A stretch of 64,000 nt of DNA, taken from positions 544,001 to 608,000 of the forward strand of contig OZ242274.1 in assembly GCA_965207375.1 (NCBI GenBank). Reading direction: 5' to 3'. A model generated the notes under the pieces. It did not search any database, had not been told where the DNA came from, and saw nothing but the letters and a program-made list of their open reading frames with translations. The stretch comes from Nitrosopumilaceae archaeon. Its GTDB lineage: Archaea; Thermoproteota; Nitrososphaeria; Nitrososphaerales; Nitrosopumilaceae. A program made the position numbers and the translations under genes. Within the stretch, counting starts at the first letter, position 1; each line of letters begins with the position of its first letter. Below, in pieces: positions 62,699 through 64,000 of the stretch.

Positions 62699-62737
62699 CC
62701 GGGCAATCATTATAAAACAATTCTAATTAACCATAAC

Positions 62738-63457
62738 GTGAGTAAATTCTCCCAATCCGAACTAGACAAAATAAACAAATCAATTCATTCTGCAGACGAT
62801 GCTTTAAGATGGGCCTTTGAGAATCTGCATCCTAAACTTGCCAAGGCGTCTAGCTTTGGAGCAGAAGACTCTGTTCTTATTGATATTATGACCAAGATTA
62901 ATCCAGAGGCCCGATTTTTCACTTTAGATACGGGCAGACTAAATCCTGAAACCTACGATACAATGACTGTCTTGGAAAAAAAATACAACATTAGGTTTGA
63001 AGTTCAATTTCCAGATGCCGACGAAGTCTGTCAAATGGTAAAACAAAAGGGAATCAATCTATTTTATGACAGTGTAGAGAATAGACAACTATGCTGTGGC
63101 ATACGTAAAGTAAAACCGCTTCAAAAAATATTGTCCACCCTAGATGGCTGGATTACAGGAATCCGACGAGATCAGACGTCGATTCGAAAGGATGCCTCAT
63201 ATTTGGAAATCGATCATAAATACGGTGACATCATCAAGGTCAATCCGCTGTTGGATTGGACATGGGATGACGTCCAAAACTATATCAAAAAACACAGCAT
63301 TCCGTATCATCCGCTGCTAGACAGAGGATTTCCAAGCATTGGTTGTGCACCATGTACTAGGGCTATAGGAGACGGTGAGGATTTGAGAGCCGGACGCTGG
63401 TGGTGGGAATCAAACGAACATAAAGAGTGCGGGTTGCACGTGTACAACGGCGAATAA
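62738..63457 (+). CDS. cysH: (Phospho)adenylyl-sulfate reductase, Fe-S type
   Basis: SSFG, LDTG, CCGIRK, GCAPCT and ECGLH motifs; TTATAAAA ~28 nt before GTG 62738. Confidence 0.93.
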   Translation: MSKFSQSELDKINKSIHSADDALRWAFENLHPKLAKASSFGAEDSVLIDIMTKINPEARFFTLDTGRLNPETYDTMTVLEKKYNIRFEVQFPDADEVCQMVKQKGINLFYDSVENRQLCCGIRKVKPLQKILSTLDGWITGIRRDQTSIRKDASYLEIDHKYGDIIKVNPLLDWTWDDVQNYIKKHSIPYHPLLDRGFPSIGCAPCTRAIGDGEDLRAGRWWWESNEHKECGLHVYNGE

Positions 63458-63458
63458 A

Positions 63459-64000
63459 ATGACAGGAATCACACCCCATGGGGGCAAACTAATCAATAGA
63501 ATTACAGACAAGGATCCGACCGGCCTTGTACCAATTACAATATCAAATGATCTTGCAAACGACGTTGAAAATATTGCAGACGGCATATTTAGTCCATTAG
63601 AAGGATTTCTAAATCAGTCTGATTTTGAAGCTGTAATTAATACGGGCAGATTGGCAGATGAGACTGCATGGACTATTCCTATAGTGCTTGATGTCGATGA
63701 GGCCACATCTAAGAAAATCAAAGACGCGGGAGATGTTTTGCTACAAAATGCAGATGGCACAGGTGTGGCAATATTGCATGCACAGGATGTATTTTCCTAT
63801 GATAAATCAAAGGTAGCTCTTAGAGTCTATGGAACCGTCGATGATGGACATCCCGGGGTTGCAAAAACTATGTCCATGAATGATTTTTTAGTGGGTGGAA
63901 AAATTGATTTTATCAAAAGGCCGCAACAAACCGAGATTAGAAAAAACCGAATGACGCCGACTCAAACAAGGGAGGCATTTGCAAATGCGGGATGGAAAAC
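63459..64000 (+). CDS. sat: Sulfate adenylyltransferase (3' partial)
   Basis: [26 protein letters not shown] and HPGV; starts 1 bp after the cysH stop. Confidence 0.93.
   Translation, partial: MTGITPHGGKLINRITDKDPTGLVPITISNDLANDVENIADGIFSPLEGFLNQSDFEAVINTGRLADETAWTIPIVLDVDEATSKKIKDAGDVLLQNADGTGVAILHAQDVFSYDKSKVALRVYGTVDDGHPGVAKTMSMNDFLVGGKIDFIKRPQQTEIRKNRMTPTQTREAFANAGWK

Noticed and set aside
1-64000. CRISPR array, tRNA or rRNA genes
   Set aside because: No regularly spaced repeats or cloverleaf/rRNA motifs seen; GGACTGCAAA at ~32423 lacks the other tRNA arms.

Overview
Chromosomal segment of an ammonia-oxidising archaeon (Thaumarchaeota/Nitrosopumilaceae-like). The assignment rests on CFI-box-CTERM and IPxWVxxNAGWW surface proteins, ESCRT-III, rpoL-tfs-pcn, TFB and an MtrA-like protein. 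The backbone is ordinary housekeeping: hsp20-cdc48, TyrRS, lysC, thrB, cbiH, glnA, queE-folE-queC, cysC/cysQ and cysH-sat. Four accessory patches interrupt it (~6.0-12.4, ~17.4-20.5, ~32.4-35.7 and ~40.7-42.5 kb). They are dense in IS630, IS110, ISH3 and IS66 elements and GTAA-ended MITEs, several with readable TIRs and TSDs. This IS load suggests a host-associated lineage (inference). Each patch carries all or part of one recurring cassette, a secreted pre-pro-protein with a variable C-terminal domain plus a small N-terminally anchored membrane protein, in different stages of decay. This is the best candidate for an undescribed (toxin/immunity-like) system. Also noted: three unannotated structured intergenic RNA candidates, a possible IS110 bridge-RNA region, a decayed duplicate of ABCE1, and an mscS / KamA-like aminomutase / glnA cluster. 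No tRNA, rRNA or CRISPR array was recognised. All calls are by eye from motifs; no database search was run.
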